A stretch of DNA of 64,000 bases from an uncultured Parachlamydiaceae bacterium. GTDB lineage: Bacteria; Chlamydiota; Chlamydiia; Chlamydiales; Parachlamydiaceae. The DNA is taken from contig CAVULX010000002.1 in assembly GCA_963742415.1 (NCBI GenBank), positions 64,001 to 128,000 of the forward strand, given 5' to 3'. The translations under genes were made by a program, and so were the position numbers. Shown here in pieces: positions 32,407-41,948 of the stretch (its first letter is position 1; every line of letters begins with the position of its first letter). The notes under the pieces are model-generated. The model saw nothing but the letters and a program-made list of their open reading frames with translations. It was not told the origin of the DNA and did no database searches.

Positions 32407-32994
32407 ATGACTCGACTCATTTTAGGCTCCCAATCCCCTCGACGAAAAGAAATCTTGAATCTTTTTGCTCTCCCTTTTGAGCAAGCTATCCCCCCTTTCT
32501 TAGAAGAAAACGTCCCATACGAAGGCGATCCAATCACCTACGCCCTAACTTTAGCTCGAGGAAAGGCTCTCTCTCTTTTCCATTCTTTTCCGAAAGAAAT
32601 TATCCTCACGGCAGACACCGTCGTTTATTGCAAAGGCGCTCTTTACAATAAACCCCAAAATCTTCAAGAAGCGATCTCCTTCCTATCGAATTATTCCGAT
32701 TCGTGGCAATCGGTCTTCACCGCCGTAACCGTCCGGCAAGGCTCCGCTGAATACTATGCCTGCGAAGAAACAAAAGTGCTCTTTAACCCCTTAACCACAA
32801 ATCAGATCGAAAGGTTCCTGCAAGCAATCACATGGCAAGATAAAGGGGGCGGTTACACAATTCAAGGCCTGGGCAGCTTATTAGTCCGCAAAATTGAGGG
32901 GTGCTATTATAATGTCACCGGATTGCCCATCAATACCGTTAGAGAGCTTCTTTTACATACAGGTCTCGATCTCTGGAATTATATCAAACATTAA
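32407..32994 (+). CDS. maf: Maf-family nucleoside triphosphate pyrophosphatase
   Basis: LILGSQSPRRKEIL, ADTVV, KP, DKGGGYTIQG and GCYYNVTGLP motifs. Confidence 0.92.
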   Translation: MTRLILGSQSPRRKEILNLFALPFEQAIPPFLEENVPYEGDPITYALTLARGKALSLFHSFPKEIILTADTVVYCKGALYNKPQNLQEAISFLSNYSDSWQSVFTAVTVRQGSAEYYACEETKVLFNPLTTNQIERFLQAITWQDKGGGYTIQGLGSLLVRKIEGCYYNVTGLPINTVRELLLHTGLDLWNYIKH

Positions 32995-33014
32995 ACATAT
33001 TTAAAGGTTAGTTT

Positions 33015-34463
33015 ATGGTCTCTCTCTCTACCATTGTTCCCTCAGTCACATATAAATCCTATTTTTCTTCTCTCCAACCACCCCCTTCTGTAACAACAAA
33101 CTCAGATACAACTTCTCAGAGTTCACACTTCAAAGAGTACCCCATTGAAACATATGAGGATGTGATTCAACACACCGCTCCCAAGATACTAAGAGATTTA
33201 GAAAAAAAGATGGATTGTCTTATTGACGGTCATCTAAATCTGGACCTATTGGTCGATGCGATCAATCGGAATGATCTTAATTCTTTTCTCTTCACGAACC
33301 CCAAGTTTGATTTGCTAAATTTACGCGCATTAAGGGAAAAGAAAATAAATGGAATGACATACACAACAGCTCAACTTTTTTCAAATGCCATCAGCCACCT
33401 CAAAAATCCCAAAAACTTCGAGCAAGTTCCTTTATTAAAGGATACCGGCATCAACCCTGAAGCCCAAATTTTAATAGAAGAAACAAATCAATTTTTCCAA
33501 GGTACGCAGTACACTGATGAACTAAGCTTTCATAATAGCTCAAAGAAAATCAAAGGGGAGTGGATGAGCGAAGAACAACTCGCTCGTTTCTATAGCGCGA
33601 TCAAGGAACTTCCCTCCCCTTTTGAACAACAAATCATTCTTATCGAAGAACCCCGCCCTATAACTCTCCGACAACGTCGCGAAAAGACATTAAGCATTCT
33701 TATAGCAGAGAGATCCCGTTTTAATCTTTTCAGCAGGCTAGCTGCCAACGAGGATTTTTCTCCTAGGAGAATCATTGTTTCTAAAGGTATCATCCTCGCC
33801 TATCTCCACGCCATCAAGGGCCCTAATTTAATCACTCGCTTACAATTATCCCCCCACTCCTCATTGAAAGCGGGTATGATCAAAAATGAAAGAGCTTTTT
33901 ACTTGCCCACTTCACTATTCCCAGAATCTTATGTCGATGGATTTCGTGCTTCTCGAGGTACTAATACCGCAGCTATGCATGATGTCTATCATGGAATGGT
34001 ATTTTCTTACATCCCTGAGGCCGACAGAAAAAAATTTCATTGCTGCGGAGAAATTTTTGAAACTTTGAACAACAAAGAAGTCGGAACCCGCATTGCCAAC
34101 GTGATCTATGACATGGATCGCCCCTCTTATAAATTGCACCAGCATGGACTATTGGGAGAATTAGATCCAAAAGCTCTTTTTTGGTTTGCGATGGCACAGG
34201 CGCTTTATAGCGCTGAAAGTCAATATCGACGAGAAAACGATCCCTATTACTATGAGGCCATCGGGGAATCATTCTGGACAAGTGTCGAAGAGTTTATCCA
34301 TAAAATTAAAGAAAATCAGGATAAATGCAAGGAATCTGGTTTGGATATTGATTACTTGCAAAGAACAAGAATTTCTTCCATTCAAAAGGAGGCATCTGAG
34401 AGTCAGATTTATTATTCTCTTATATCTCTTTTAACTATCGCTCAAGATGGAAGGAACACTTAA
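33015..34463 (+). CDS. Hypothetical protein, effector candidate
   Basis: 482-aa ORF with Ser/Thr/Pro-rich N-terminus and an HDVYH motif. Confidence 0.7.
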   Translation: MVSLSTIVPSVTYKSYFSSLQPPPSVTTNSDTTSQSSHFKEYPIETYEDVIQHTAPKILRDLEKKMDCLIDGHLNLDLLVDAINRNDLNSFLFTNPKFDLLNLRALREKKINGMTYTTAQLFSNAISHLKNPKNFEQVPLLKDTGINPEAQILIEETNQFFQGTQYTDELSFHNSSKKIKGEWMSEEQLARFYSAIKELPSPFEQQIILIEEPRPITLRQRREKTLSILIAERSRFNLFSRLAANEDFSPRRIIVSKGIILAYLHAIKGPNLITRLQLSPHSSLKAGMIKNERAFYLPTSLFPESYVDGFRASRGTNTAAMHDVYHGMVFSYIPEADRKKFHCCGEIFETLNNKEVGTRIANVIYDMDRPSYKLHQHGLLGELDPKALFWFAMAQALYSAESQYRRENDPYYYEAIGESFWTSVEEFIHKIKENQDKCKESGLDIDYLQRTRISSIQKEASESQIYYSLISLLTIAQDGRNT

Positions 34464-34465
34464 CG

Positions 34466-36211
34466 ATGGCTTCACCGCTGTATTTTTTTATCCCTTTTTT
34501 TCTTTCACTATTCCACGGAGATCAGCTCCTCTCTAATCTTGAAAATTCCCCACATAGCTTTCCTGAAGTCGAAGAACAGCAACCAGAGCTGCAGACCAAT
34601 GATCAAATCAATAGGCAAATCCTCTACTCGCTCCATACAGGCCACCTTCACCAAGCTTTGGAACTGTATCAACAACACCGTCAGAAAAATAAGCGTCACG
34701 ATCTGACGCTCGTCCAACAAATCGGCCTTACCCTTTTAGATAGGGGTTCACACAATAGAGATCCCCAAATCCAATTGCTGACCCTGTTTGGAGCAGGAAT
34801 TTCCTCAAATGAGAGGTGCCTTTACATCCTAGAACAGGGCCTAAATAGCCCCGTACCTGAATTGCAAATCATCGCCCTAAACTTCCTTGCTAAATACCAA
34901 AACGATCGTGCTGACGAAGCCTTGAATAAAGCTTTAGCCGCTAATCATCTCCTCATCCGCCTTGAAGCCCTCAACTGCTTAGCCCAAAAGAAACACCCCA
35001 AAGCCTTAGGTCAAATCGAAGCCTTAATGGCCAAAGTCGACGAAAAATTGCTTCCCCTTTTTCCCCAACTCTATGCAATGATTGACGATGTAGCTTCCAC
35101 AAAAGTATTGAAACGCCTTTTGGCCCATCCAGATGAAAAAGTGAGGATCGCCTCTATCTTAAGCGTCGCCAAATACGACTGCGATGACTTGCTTCCTCAA
35201 ATCCGGAAACTCGCCGCACAACATAGCCTTATCCAGCAAGAAGCCTGTGCCATCGCCCTGGGGATGTTGCGCGACGAAAGCTCCATCCCCCGCCTAGAAC
35301 ATTTAACCCGCTCCAACAGCCTTACAACAAAACTCGCCGCACTCCAAGCTCTCTATCGCCTTGGCAAAAAAGAGGTGCGGCAACCCGTAGAACAAATCGC
35401 TAAGGAAGGGAATCTCTTCGCCATCTCAATCCTCGGCGAATTCCAAGGAAGTGAAGATGTTTTATACGAACTGACAAAAAGCCCTCAACTGCAAATAAGG
35501 CTCAATGCCGGCTTAGCCTTGCTTGACAGGGAAGATCCTCGCTGTTTAAAAGCTGTAGCCGAAATTTTATTAAAGGATTCCCGCGATTTGGCTTTTGTAA
35601 AAACAGCCTCGATAAGTGGAGGACTGATCGCCTGGAAAGTCGTCCCTTCAGCCAGTCAAAATCTAAAAGAAGAACCTATTGCGTTTGAACTCTCTTTGAA
35701 CTTGCGCGAGGCCACCCTCGAGAAGACCATGACTCTACCCCCCGACGAGTTTCTTAAATTAGCCGAACTCATTTTTGAAACACACCAAAATGAACTTGTT
35801 TCCTTGACAACCCATCAACTAGAAAATATTCGCTCCCATGCCGCTATCCAACTGCTCAAAACCTACGCCCAAAAGGCAGGAGCTCCTTTAGTACGCAATT
35901 ATTGCAATTTAGCTCTATTCAATCTTAAAGAACCCGGCCCTTATGAGGAAAGCCTCCGTCAATGGATCACCGCACAACAAGAAGAAGATTTTATCCGGTT
36001 GCGCCCCTACATCCCCTGGGACGAACGGGATCTGACGGCACATTACGAGTTGTCTCCCCATGAAACCTCCAAGTTACTCATCGAGGCTTTCGAAGCCTTC
36101 GCAAAAACGCAAGAAGATAAAGGGGTAGACGTCTTATTAGATGCCCTCTTACATGGAAATACGAAAAACCGTTATGCTATTGCAGGCCTCCTTATTAGAG
36201 CAACTAATTAA
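34466..36211 (+). CDS. HEAT-repeat protein with N-terminal hydrophobic leader
   Basis: Repeated helical units (LIRLEALNCLA, KVRIASILSV, QEACAIALG, KLAALQAL); sits between maf and lptD as in Chlamydia. Confidence 0.75.
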   Translation: MASPLYFFIPFFLSLFHGDQLLSNLENSPHSFPEVEEQQPELQTNDQINRQILYSLHTGHLHQALELYQQHRQKNKRHDLTLVQQIGLTLLDRGSHNRDPQIQLLTLFGAGISSNERCLYILEQGLNSPVPELQIIALNFLAKYQNDRADEALNKALAANHLLIRLEALNCLAQKKHPKALGQIEALMAKVDEKLLPLFPQLYAMIDDVASTKVLKRLLAHPDEKVRIASILSVAKYDCDDLLPQIRKLAAQHSLIQQEACAIALGMLRDESSIPRLEHLTRSNSLTTKLAALQALYRLGKKEVRQPVEQIAKEGNLFAISILGEFQGSEDVLYELTKSPQLQIRLNAGLALLDREDPRCLKAVAEILLKDSRDLAFVKTASISGGLIAWKVVPSASQNLKEEPIAFELSLNLREATLEKTMTLPPDEFLKLAELIFETHQNELVSLTTHQLENIRSHAAIQLLKTYAQKAGAPLVRNYCNLALFNLKEPGPYEESLRQWITAQQEEDFIRLRPYIPWDERDLTAHYELSPHETSKLLIEAFEAFAKTQEDKGVDVLLDALLHGNTKNRYAIAGLLIRATN

Positions 36212-36231
36212 CTGAAAGGCATACCCTTTTC

Positions 36232-38388
36232 ATGTCAAAACACTTTATTTATTCCTTAGTTATCGCGATTTTGTTCCCTTTGACTCTCCTCTCCATCGCA
36301 ACAGAAGATGTAGAAAAAATCTTCGCCAAAGGGATCGTAGTCGACCTACGGGAACCCGAATACTGTGAAGGGGTTCTAACCACAGAAAAAGGGGGCGTCG
36401 TGACAGGCCCCGATATCCGGATTCAAGCCCGCAAAATCATCTATACAAAAAAAGAGGTCGCCGGAACCCTGGTCTACACTCTCGAAGCTGAAGAGGACCT
36501 CATTGTAGAATTTGGCGACTACGTTTTTGTAGGCAGCCGCCTCGAATACGACTTCCAAGAAAAAACAGGGATCTTATACCAAGGACGATCCGCCATTGAA
36601 CCTTGGTTTTTTGGAGGATCGGTCATTTATCTGCTTCCTGACAACTCTTACTACATTGAGAACGCCTACGTCACGACCTCAGAAAATTATTTCAATGATT
36701 GGCAAATCGAAACAGAAACCGCCACCATCTCTGAAGATCATTACCTTCGTGCACGGAAAGTCAAATTTCGCTTCAAAGGCGTCCCCTTGTTCTGGCTCCC
36801 CTCTTTTAGGGCTAACCTAGATTCCATTTTTGACTCCCCGATCCGTTATACTTTGCGCTGGGGCGGCAGCCAAGGAACTCGCTTTGGGATGACCTATGAG
36901 ATCTTTTCATGGAAAAGGCTAAAAACCTTCCTGCGGCTAGACTACCGAATTAACCGGGGTTTAGGCGGCGGGCTTGAAACCTATTACCTTTCCGAAGACC
37001 ATAAAGAACAGCTGGAAACCATCAACTATGTTGCAAGAGATTCCTCCCTCGTCCATCGCCATGAAAAAATCCGGTTTCGCTTCCAAGGGGTCTACAATAA
37101 CCTTCTTTGCGACGATCGTCTCAACGTTAACTTGACCTGGGATAAGCTCAGTGATAAAGACATGGCCACAGACTACAACGACCGGGGCTTAGAGCTCGAT
37201 ACCGCTGGATTAACGCAATTGCATATGCGCTATGAAGACTATGCCTGGGTGTCAAACTTCTTCACACGGGTTCGGGTCAACCAATTTCAAACCGTCAAAC
37301 AAGAGCTTCCCACACTACAAACTCAGTGGCTTCCCATCACTTTAGGATGGACTGGAATCGTGTCCGATACGCAAGCCTCAACTTCCTATCTCGACTTCCA
37401 ATATTCGAAAGGCTCCTCCCATGTCCACAACTACCATTCTTCCCGCATGGAAGTTGCACAAAAGTTCTACCGCCCATTTTCTTTGAATTATTTTACATTG
37501 ACTCCACAAGCCGGCGGAGTGGCCATTTTTTATGGAAATAGCCCTTCAGAACACGAACGGTGGGTCGTTTTTGGTCAGTTTGGGGGAAGTCTCACCACAC
37601 GCCTCCACCGTTATTTCTACGATTGCAAGCATGTCGTTATCCCCTATTTAAATTATACTTATTACACCTATCCTACCGCCTCTCCAAACGAACACTATAT
37701 TTTTGATATCGATGACGGCTGGTACCGCTTAAATACCATGCGTTTGGGAGTACAGCAAAATTTCTACCATAAAAACAAAGCGGGATGGATCAACCGCTAC
37801 CTTTTCACCGACATCTATGCTTACGCCTTTTTTCACACCAAAACAATCCATGCCGTACTTCCCAAAATTTATGGATCGTTTATCATCCATAGCTTGCCTA
37901 CCCTGCGCCATACGATCGAAACAGCTTGGGACATCCAGCGCAATAAACTCGATCATCTCAACATAGGAATTGCCTGGACCATCAGTCCACAAATGGCCAT
38001 CGCCGTCGAATACAGGCATCGGGATGCTTTTGATTGGCGAAAAGCGGATAAGACAAATTTTATTTTGGATTCCTTCCGCCCTGTCCATGAATTGCTGCAT
38101 TCCACCCTCTCCGATCGGCGCGATACCCTTCTTCTCCATTTTTTCTACCGCTTCCATCCCAATTGGGCTGTGCAGTTTGAATCTCGCCAAGGTTGGAACC
38201 GAAAAACAGAACCCAAATATACCGAATTTGAAATCGATGTCTTAACAACGTTGCAATCGGCCTGGAAAGTCAAATTTTACTACCGCCACCGGGAAGATGA
38301 TGACCGTGTTGCCATCAACCTCTCCGTCGGCCTCTCCAGACCCGACATCAACGATTGCACCGACATCGTCCCCGCCATCGAGTTTTAA
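36232..38388 (+). CDS. lptD: LPS-assembly outer-membrane protein, LptD-like
   Basis: Signal peptide, OstA-like N-terminal beta region (GVPLFWLPSF), aromatic-rich beta-barrel with LSDKDMATDY, and terminal Phe. Confidence 0.7.
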   Translation: MSKHFIYSLVIAILFPLTLLSIATEDVEKIFAKGIVVDLREPEYCEGVLTTEKGGVVTGPDIRIQARKIIYTKKEVAGTLVYTLEAEEDLIVEFGDYVFVGSRLEYDFQEKTGILYQGRSAIEPWFFGGSVIYLLPDNSYYIENAYVTTSENYFNDWQIETETATISEDHYLRARKVKFRFKGVPLFWLPSFRANLDSIFDSPIRYTLRWGGSQGTRFGMTYEIFSWKRLKTFLRLDYRINRGLGGGLETYYLSEDHKEQLETINYVARDSSLVHRHEKIRFRFQGVYNNLLCDDRLNVNLTWDKLSDKDMATDYNDRGLELDTAGLTQLHMRYEDYAWVSNFFTRVRVNQFQTVKQELPTLQTQWLPITLGWTGIVSDTQASTSYLDFQYSKGSSHVHNYHSSRMEVAQKFYRPFSLNYFTLTPQAGGVAIFYGNSPSEHERWVVFGQFGGSLTTRLHRYFYDCKHVVIPYLNYTYYTYPTASPNEHYIFDIDDGWYRLNTMRLGVQQNFYHKNKAGWINRYLFTDIYAYAFFHTKTIHAVLPKIYGSFIIHSLPTLRHTIETAWDIQRNKLDHLNIGIAWTISPQMAIAVEYRHRDAFDWRKADKTNFILDSFRPVHELLHSTLSDRRDTLLLHFFYRFHPNWAVQFESRQGWNRKTEPKYTEFEIDVLTTLQSAWKVKFYYRHREDDDRVAINLSVGLSRPDINDCTDIVPAIEF

Positions 38389-38440
38389 AATAATACAGAC
38401 TTAGGCTGACAAAATTTAAGATTTTCCTGTTGATTAATTT

Positions 38441-38770
38441 TCAGGGTAAAAGAGCATTAAATCCTTTTCGACGAATAACATTTAGCAATACAAGTACCGC
38501 GCCTGAAGGTTCTTTCACCCCCCTTTCCAATTGTGAAATATAGCCAACTGTTAAATTAAGATAACTAGCAAATGCTGCTTGACTGAGATGTGTTTTTTCT
38601 CTCAATATCCGAATTTCTTCACTACTTATCGGATCTATTTTCGGGAGGTTCCCTTTTAGATGCCGCATTGTGATTTTTTCATACTCTTCCATATCAATAA
38701 TTTCGCCTTCTAGCATATCTTTTGCCGTCTCGAGAATGGCTTTTTTTAATCGACTAGATTTTTTAGTCAT
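38441..38770 (-). CDS. XRE-family HTH antitoxin (HigA-like)
   Basis: EIRILREKTHLSQAAFASYLNLTVGYISQLERGVKEPSGAVLVLL; overlaps the toxin stop codon. Confidence 0.85.
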   Translation of the reverse strand: MTKKSSRLKKAILETAKDMLEGEIIDMEEYEKITMRHLKGNLPKIDPISSEEIRILREKTHLSQAAFASYLNLTVGYISQLERGVKEPSGAVLVLLNVIRRKGFNALLP

Positions 38771-39131
38771 AATCTACCTCTTGTAATAGACCATTAGAAA
38801 GGGAGCGATTGAGTTCTTTATCGCTTACTTTGAACCATGCAGCTGCAACTTTTTTTAAAGAAATTAATTCTTCATCATCAATATTTTCACGTTCGTTTTT
38901 TGCAAATCCATAGAGAAATATAGCTATTTTGTTTTTTTGATAAGCAATGAGAGTCCGATAACCTGATGATCGCCCATGTCCTTTTCGAGCAATTCTCAGT
39001 TTGATGACACTTCCTCCTAAATCCGCATCTATAAGCCCGCATTCCCGTTTTATAGCTTCGCACAAAGATTCATCCTCAATTTGTACTCGTTTTGCATAAC
39101 GCGCAAACCATGTCGTTTTAAAAACTCGCAA
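38763..39131 (-). CDS. Type II RelE/ParE-family toxin (HigB-like, toxin-first operon)
   Basis: RVFKTTWFARYA, DADLGGSVIKLRIARKGHGRSSGYRT and FLYGFAKNERENI. Confidence 0.85.
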   Translation of the reverse strand: MRVFKTTWFARYAKRVQIEDESLCEAIKRECGLIDADLGGSVIKLRIARKGHGRSSGYRTLIAYQKNKIAIFLYGFAKNERENIDDEELISLKKVAAAWFKVSDKELNRSLSNGLLQEVDYD

Positions 39132-39142
39132 AATAATCCTCG

Positions 39143-39183
39143 CTTGTAAACAGAGTGTAACACTATGAACTATAGTTTACAAG
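39143..39183 (-). promoter_or_regulatory. Promoter/operator of the RelE-XRE module
   Basis: Minus strand TTGTAA-N17-TACACT, bracketed by the IR CTTGTAAAC/GTTTACAAG. Internal palindromes AACTATAGTT and AGTGTAACACT. Confidence 0.65.
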
Positions 39184-39224
39184 AGGGAATTCATGCACGG
39201 ACGTTAAATCAATCTTTCTCTTAA

Positions 39225-39404
39225 AAAGCGGACTGGTTTTGTAAACCTCAATTCATCGATTATCTGGCTGACGATGGCGATCGAGCAGAGTGGGCTCTGT
39301 TCATTAATAAAATGCATGGTATACCTGCGAGTCCCCATGTTCAGAAAACCCTAAATGAGGTCAGAAAAAGACTCATCTTCTTCCTGCAAAATGCAAAAAA
39401 ATAA
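39225..39404 (+). pseudogene. 3' remnant of a paralog of the 43482-44611 gene
   Basis: Translates DRAEWALFINKMHGIPASPHVQKTLNEVRKRLIFFLQNAKK*, compared with DRAEWYKIVNSFDKPDPPHIQKIKKEIRERLIFFLQKANIK* at 44611. Confidence 0.7.
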
Positions 39405-39711
39405 ATCGCGAAAACTTAAGCTGATTGATCAAAGTTGACCATCAGAGATTTTCTTCAAAAGTTTAGGCCTTGTTGCCTAAATCACCACAGCCGGTGGGTT
39501 CACAGAGAAAAGGTGAGAGCGGGAGGTCAGGCCGCTTTCCTCTCACTTTGTGACATTCATAATTTAATCGAGTATATAATCCCCTTATGATTTATGCATT
39601 CGCGAGAGCTTTAACGCCAGCCGAAAGTGCAGAAAAACCCAAAGCTCAGTTTAGTATCACTTTGTGGATGGTTCAATCATTAGTGCTGAAAAGCTGTTTA
39701 CTAATCCAGAT

Positions 39712-39759
39712 TTGACAATAATCATGTCAGTATGTACGATAAATACATACATACTGACA
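39712..39759 (+). promoter_or_regulatory. abiE promoter with palindromic operator
   Basis: TTGACA-N17-TACGAT. Perfect 12-bp IR TGTCAGTATGTA (39725-39736) / TACATACTGACA (39748-39759). Confidence 0.75.
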
Positions 39760-39766
39760 AGGCACA

Positions 39767-40408
39767 ATGACTAATATAATGATACAACTCCGAAGCAAAT
39801 CTCAAGGCGAAGAGATCGACTATACTTTTGTCATGGATTGTCTTAAGGACTATAAATCTCCTAGGGCTAAGTTAACTACACTTCTCCAAAAAGGAGATTT
39901 AATCCGAGTCAAAAAAGGCCTCTACCTGTTTGGTTCTGACTACCGAAAAGGACCATACAGCCCAGAAATCATGGCGAATAAGATTTATGGCCCCTCCTAT
40001 GTTTCTAGGGAATATGCCCTTGCTTATTACGGGTTAATTCCCGAACATGTTGCAGAAGTCACAAGCATTTCTACAAAACGCGCTCGTAATTTTGATACCC
40101 CAATCGGCAGGTTTAGTTACGCCCATCTTCCACCTAAACTCTATCAAGTCAATTTCAATCTAGTTCCAGTAAGAAATAACGAAACTGCACTCCTAGCTAC
40201 AGCTGAAAAGGCACTTGCCGATCTTCTTTATTTTCGCAATGATCATCCTGAGACGTTGAATGAACTCATTGACCTGCTTTTCGATGACCTGCGTCTTGAT
40301 GATGCACTAGTCAGTCGGATGCGGATTGGGATGTTCACTGAAATCCTGAAGGCTGGAGGGTCGCCAACGCTTAAACTTATAATTGAATGGTTAAAGGGAC
40401 AAAAATGA
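39767..40408 (+). CDS. Type IV TA antitoxin, AbiEi-like transcriptional regulator
   Basis: LIRVKKGLY, YGPSYVSREYALAYYGLIPE and ATAEKALADLLY motifs. Confidence 0.85.
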   Translation: MTNIMIQLRSKSQGEEIDYTFVMDCLKDYKSPRAKLTTLLQKGDLIRVKKGLYLFGSDYRKGPYSPEIMANKIYGPSYVSREYALAYYGLIPEHVAEVTSISTKRARNFDTPIGRFSYAHLPPKLYQVNFNLVPVRNNETALLATAEKALADLLYFRNDHPETLNELIDLLFDDLRLDDALVSRMRIGMFTEILKAGGSPTLKLIIEWLKGQK

Positions 40409-41274
40409 ATCCGGCCTTAGAGACAATATTACGAAGATACAAATGTGAGACACGTTCTCAATACGAGCGAGCATTAAAAGAGATTCTTCAGGAATTGGCA
40501 CTTGTTGGTCTATGGAGGGCACATTTTTTCGAGCATGCGGCGTTCTATGGAGGCACAGCACTTCGCATTCTCTATGGACTTGACCGCTTTTCTGAAGATT
40601 TGGATTTTACACTCCTTGCGCCAAATCCAAAATACTCTCTAGAACCCTATCATGAAGCTATCACCAAAGAACTCACATCATATGGTTTTTCTGTGGAAAT
40701 CGATACTAAAGATAAAAGTTGGGTGACACCTATTCGTTCTGCTTTTATCAAGACAAACACCCTCGGCGAACTCTTGAAAATAGGAATTCCCAGAAACCTC
40801 GTTCGTGGATTACATCCCGATATGATTCTGAAAATTAAATTGGAGGTCGATACAGATCCTGCACCCGCTTATGATTTCGAAACGCGATTCCTCTTGACAC
40901 CCTTTAGCGTCGGTATCCGCACTGTGGTATTGACAGATATCTTTGCGGGAAAAATGCATGCCGTCCTTTTCCGGGAATGGAAAGGGCGTGTGAAAGGACG
41001 TGATTGGTATGACTGGTACTGGTTAGTGCGTCAAAAAACTATTTTACCATTACAACGTCTAGCAATTTACATGCGGCGAGCAGGCACTCTCCAAAATAAT
41101 GAGATCTTGACAAGGGAACGATTTGAACAACTAATGCACGATAAAATCGAGCGCGTGGATTTCGCCTCTGCGAAAGCAGATATGCAGCCCTTTATTACTG
41201 ATTCTGCGCAGATTGCCGACTGGTCGGTTGATCTTTTCCGCCATTTGTTGATGCAAACAAAAACAATTGAATGA
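40405..41274 (+). CDS. Type IV TA toxin, AbiEii nucleotidyltransferase
   Basis: FYGGTALRILYGLDRFSEDLDF, KIKLEVD, GKMHAV and KGRDWYD motifs. ATGA overlap with the antitoxin stop. Confidence 0.88.
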   Translation: MNPALETILRRYKCETRSQYERALKEILQELALVGLWRAHFFEHAAFYGGTALRILYGLDRFSEDLDFTLLAPNPKYSLEPYHEAITKELTSYGFSVEIDTKDKSWVTPIRSAFIKTNTLGELLKIGIPRNLVRGLHPDMILKIKLEVDTDPAPAYDFETRFLLTPFSVGIRTVVLTDIFAGKMHAVLFREWKGRVKGRDWYDWYWLVRQKTILPLQRLAIYMRRAGTLQNNEILTRERFEQLMHDKIERVDFASAKADMQPFITDSAQIADWSVDLFRHLLMQTKTIE

Positions 41275-41327
41275 AGGGTTAATAACAGCTTGATAAAATC
41301 TATACAAATCTGATAATATCTACTCAT

Positions 41328-41948
41328 ATGAGTAGATTTGTTAAGATTGGAAAAGCAGCAGAAATATTAGGTGTTTCTGTTCAAACTTTGAGGCGATGGG
41401 AATTGCAAGGATCACTTAATCCCGACCGCCGAAGTTCCGGTAAAACACGATATTATGATTTAGACAAGCTATTAGGATTAAAATTCCCTAAAAGCGATCT
41501 AACAATTGCCTATGCGAGAGTTTCAAGCCACGACCAAAAAGAAGATTTAGTAAGACAAGCCAAATTGCTTTCTTCCTTCTGTACCTCACATGGGTGGGAT
41601 CATGAAGTCATTCAAGATCTTGGATCCGGAATGAATTATTATAAAAAGGGCTTGAAAAAGCTTTTAGATTTGATTTTAGACAAAAAAATCCGAAGATTGG
41701 TTTTAACTCATAAAGATCGCTTGCTTCGATTTGGGGCAGAGCTTATATTTGCACTCTGTCAAGCACGTCAAGTTGAAGTTGTCATCATCAATCAAGGTGA
41801 TGATGTTTCTTTTGAAGAAGAACTTGCCAAAGATGTATTGGAGATTATTACAGTATTTTCTGCAAGATTATATGGGGCGAGAAGCCACAAAAATAAAAAG
41901 CTTGTTGAAGCAGCTAGGGTTTTAATTAATGGCAACGCTCACACATAA
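41328..41948 (+). CDS. tnpA: IS607 serine recombinase/transposase with N-terminal MerR-type HTH
   Basis: KAAEILGVSVQTLRRWE, YARVSSHDQKEDL, DLGSGMNY, DRLLRFG and FSARLYG. Confidence 0.93.
   Translation: MSRFVKIGKAAEILGVSVQTLRRWELQGSLNPDRRSSGKTRYYDLDKLLGLKFPKSDLTIAYARVSSHDQKEDLVRQAKLLSSFCTSHGWDHEVIQDLGSGMNYYKKGLKKLLDLILDKKIRRLVLTHKDRLLRFGAELIFALCQARQVEVVIINQGDDVSFEEELAKDVLEIITVFSARLYGARSHKNKKLVEAARVLINGNAHT

Noticed and set aside
41277-41327. IStron (group I intron fused to IS607)
   Set aside because: Only about 50 bp lie between the left end and tnpA, leaving no room for an intron core.
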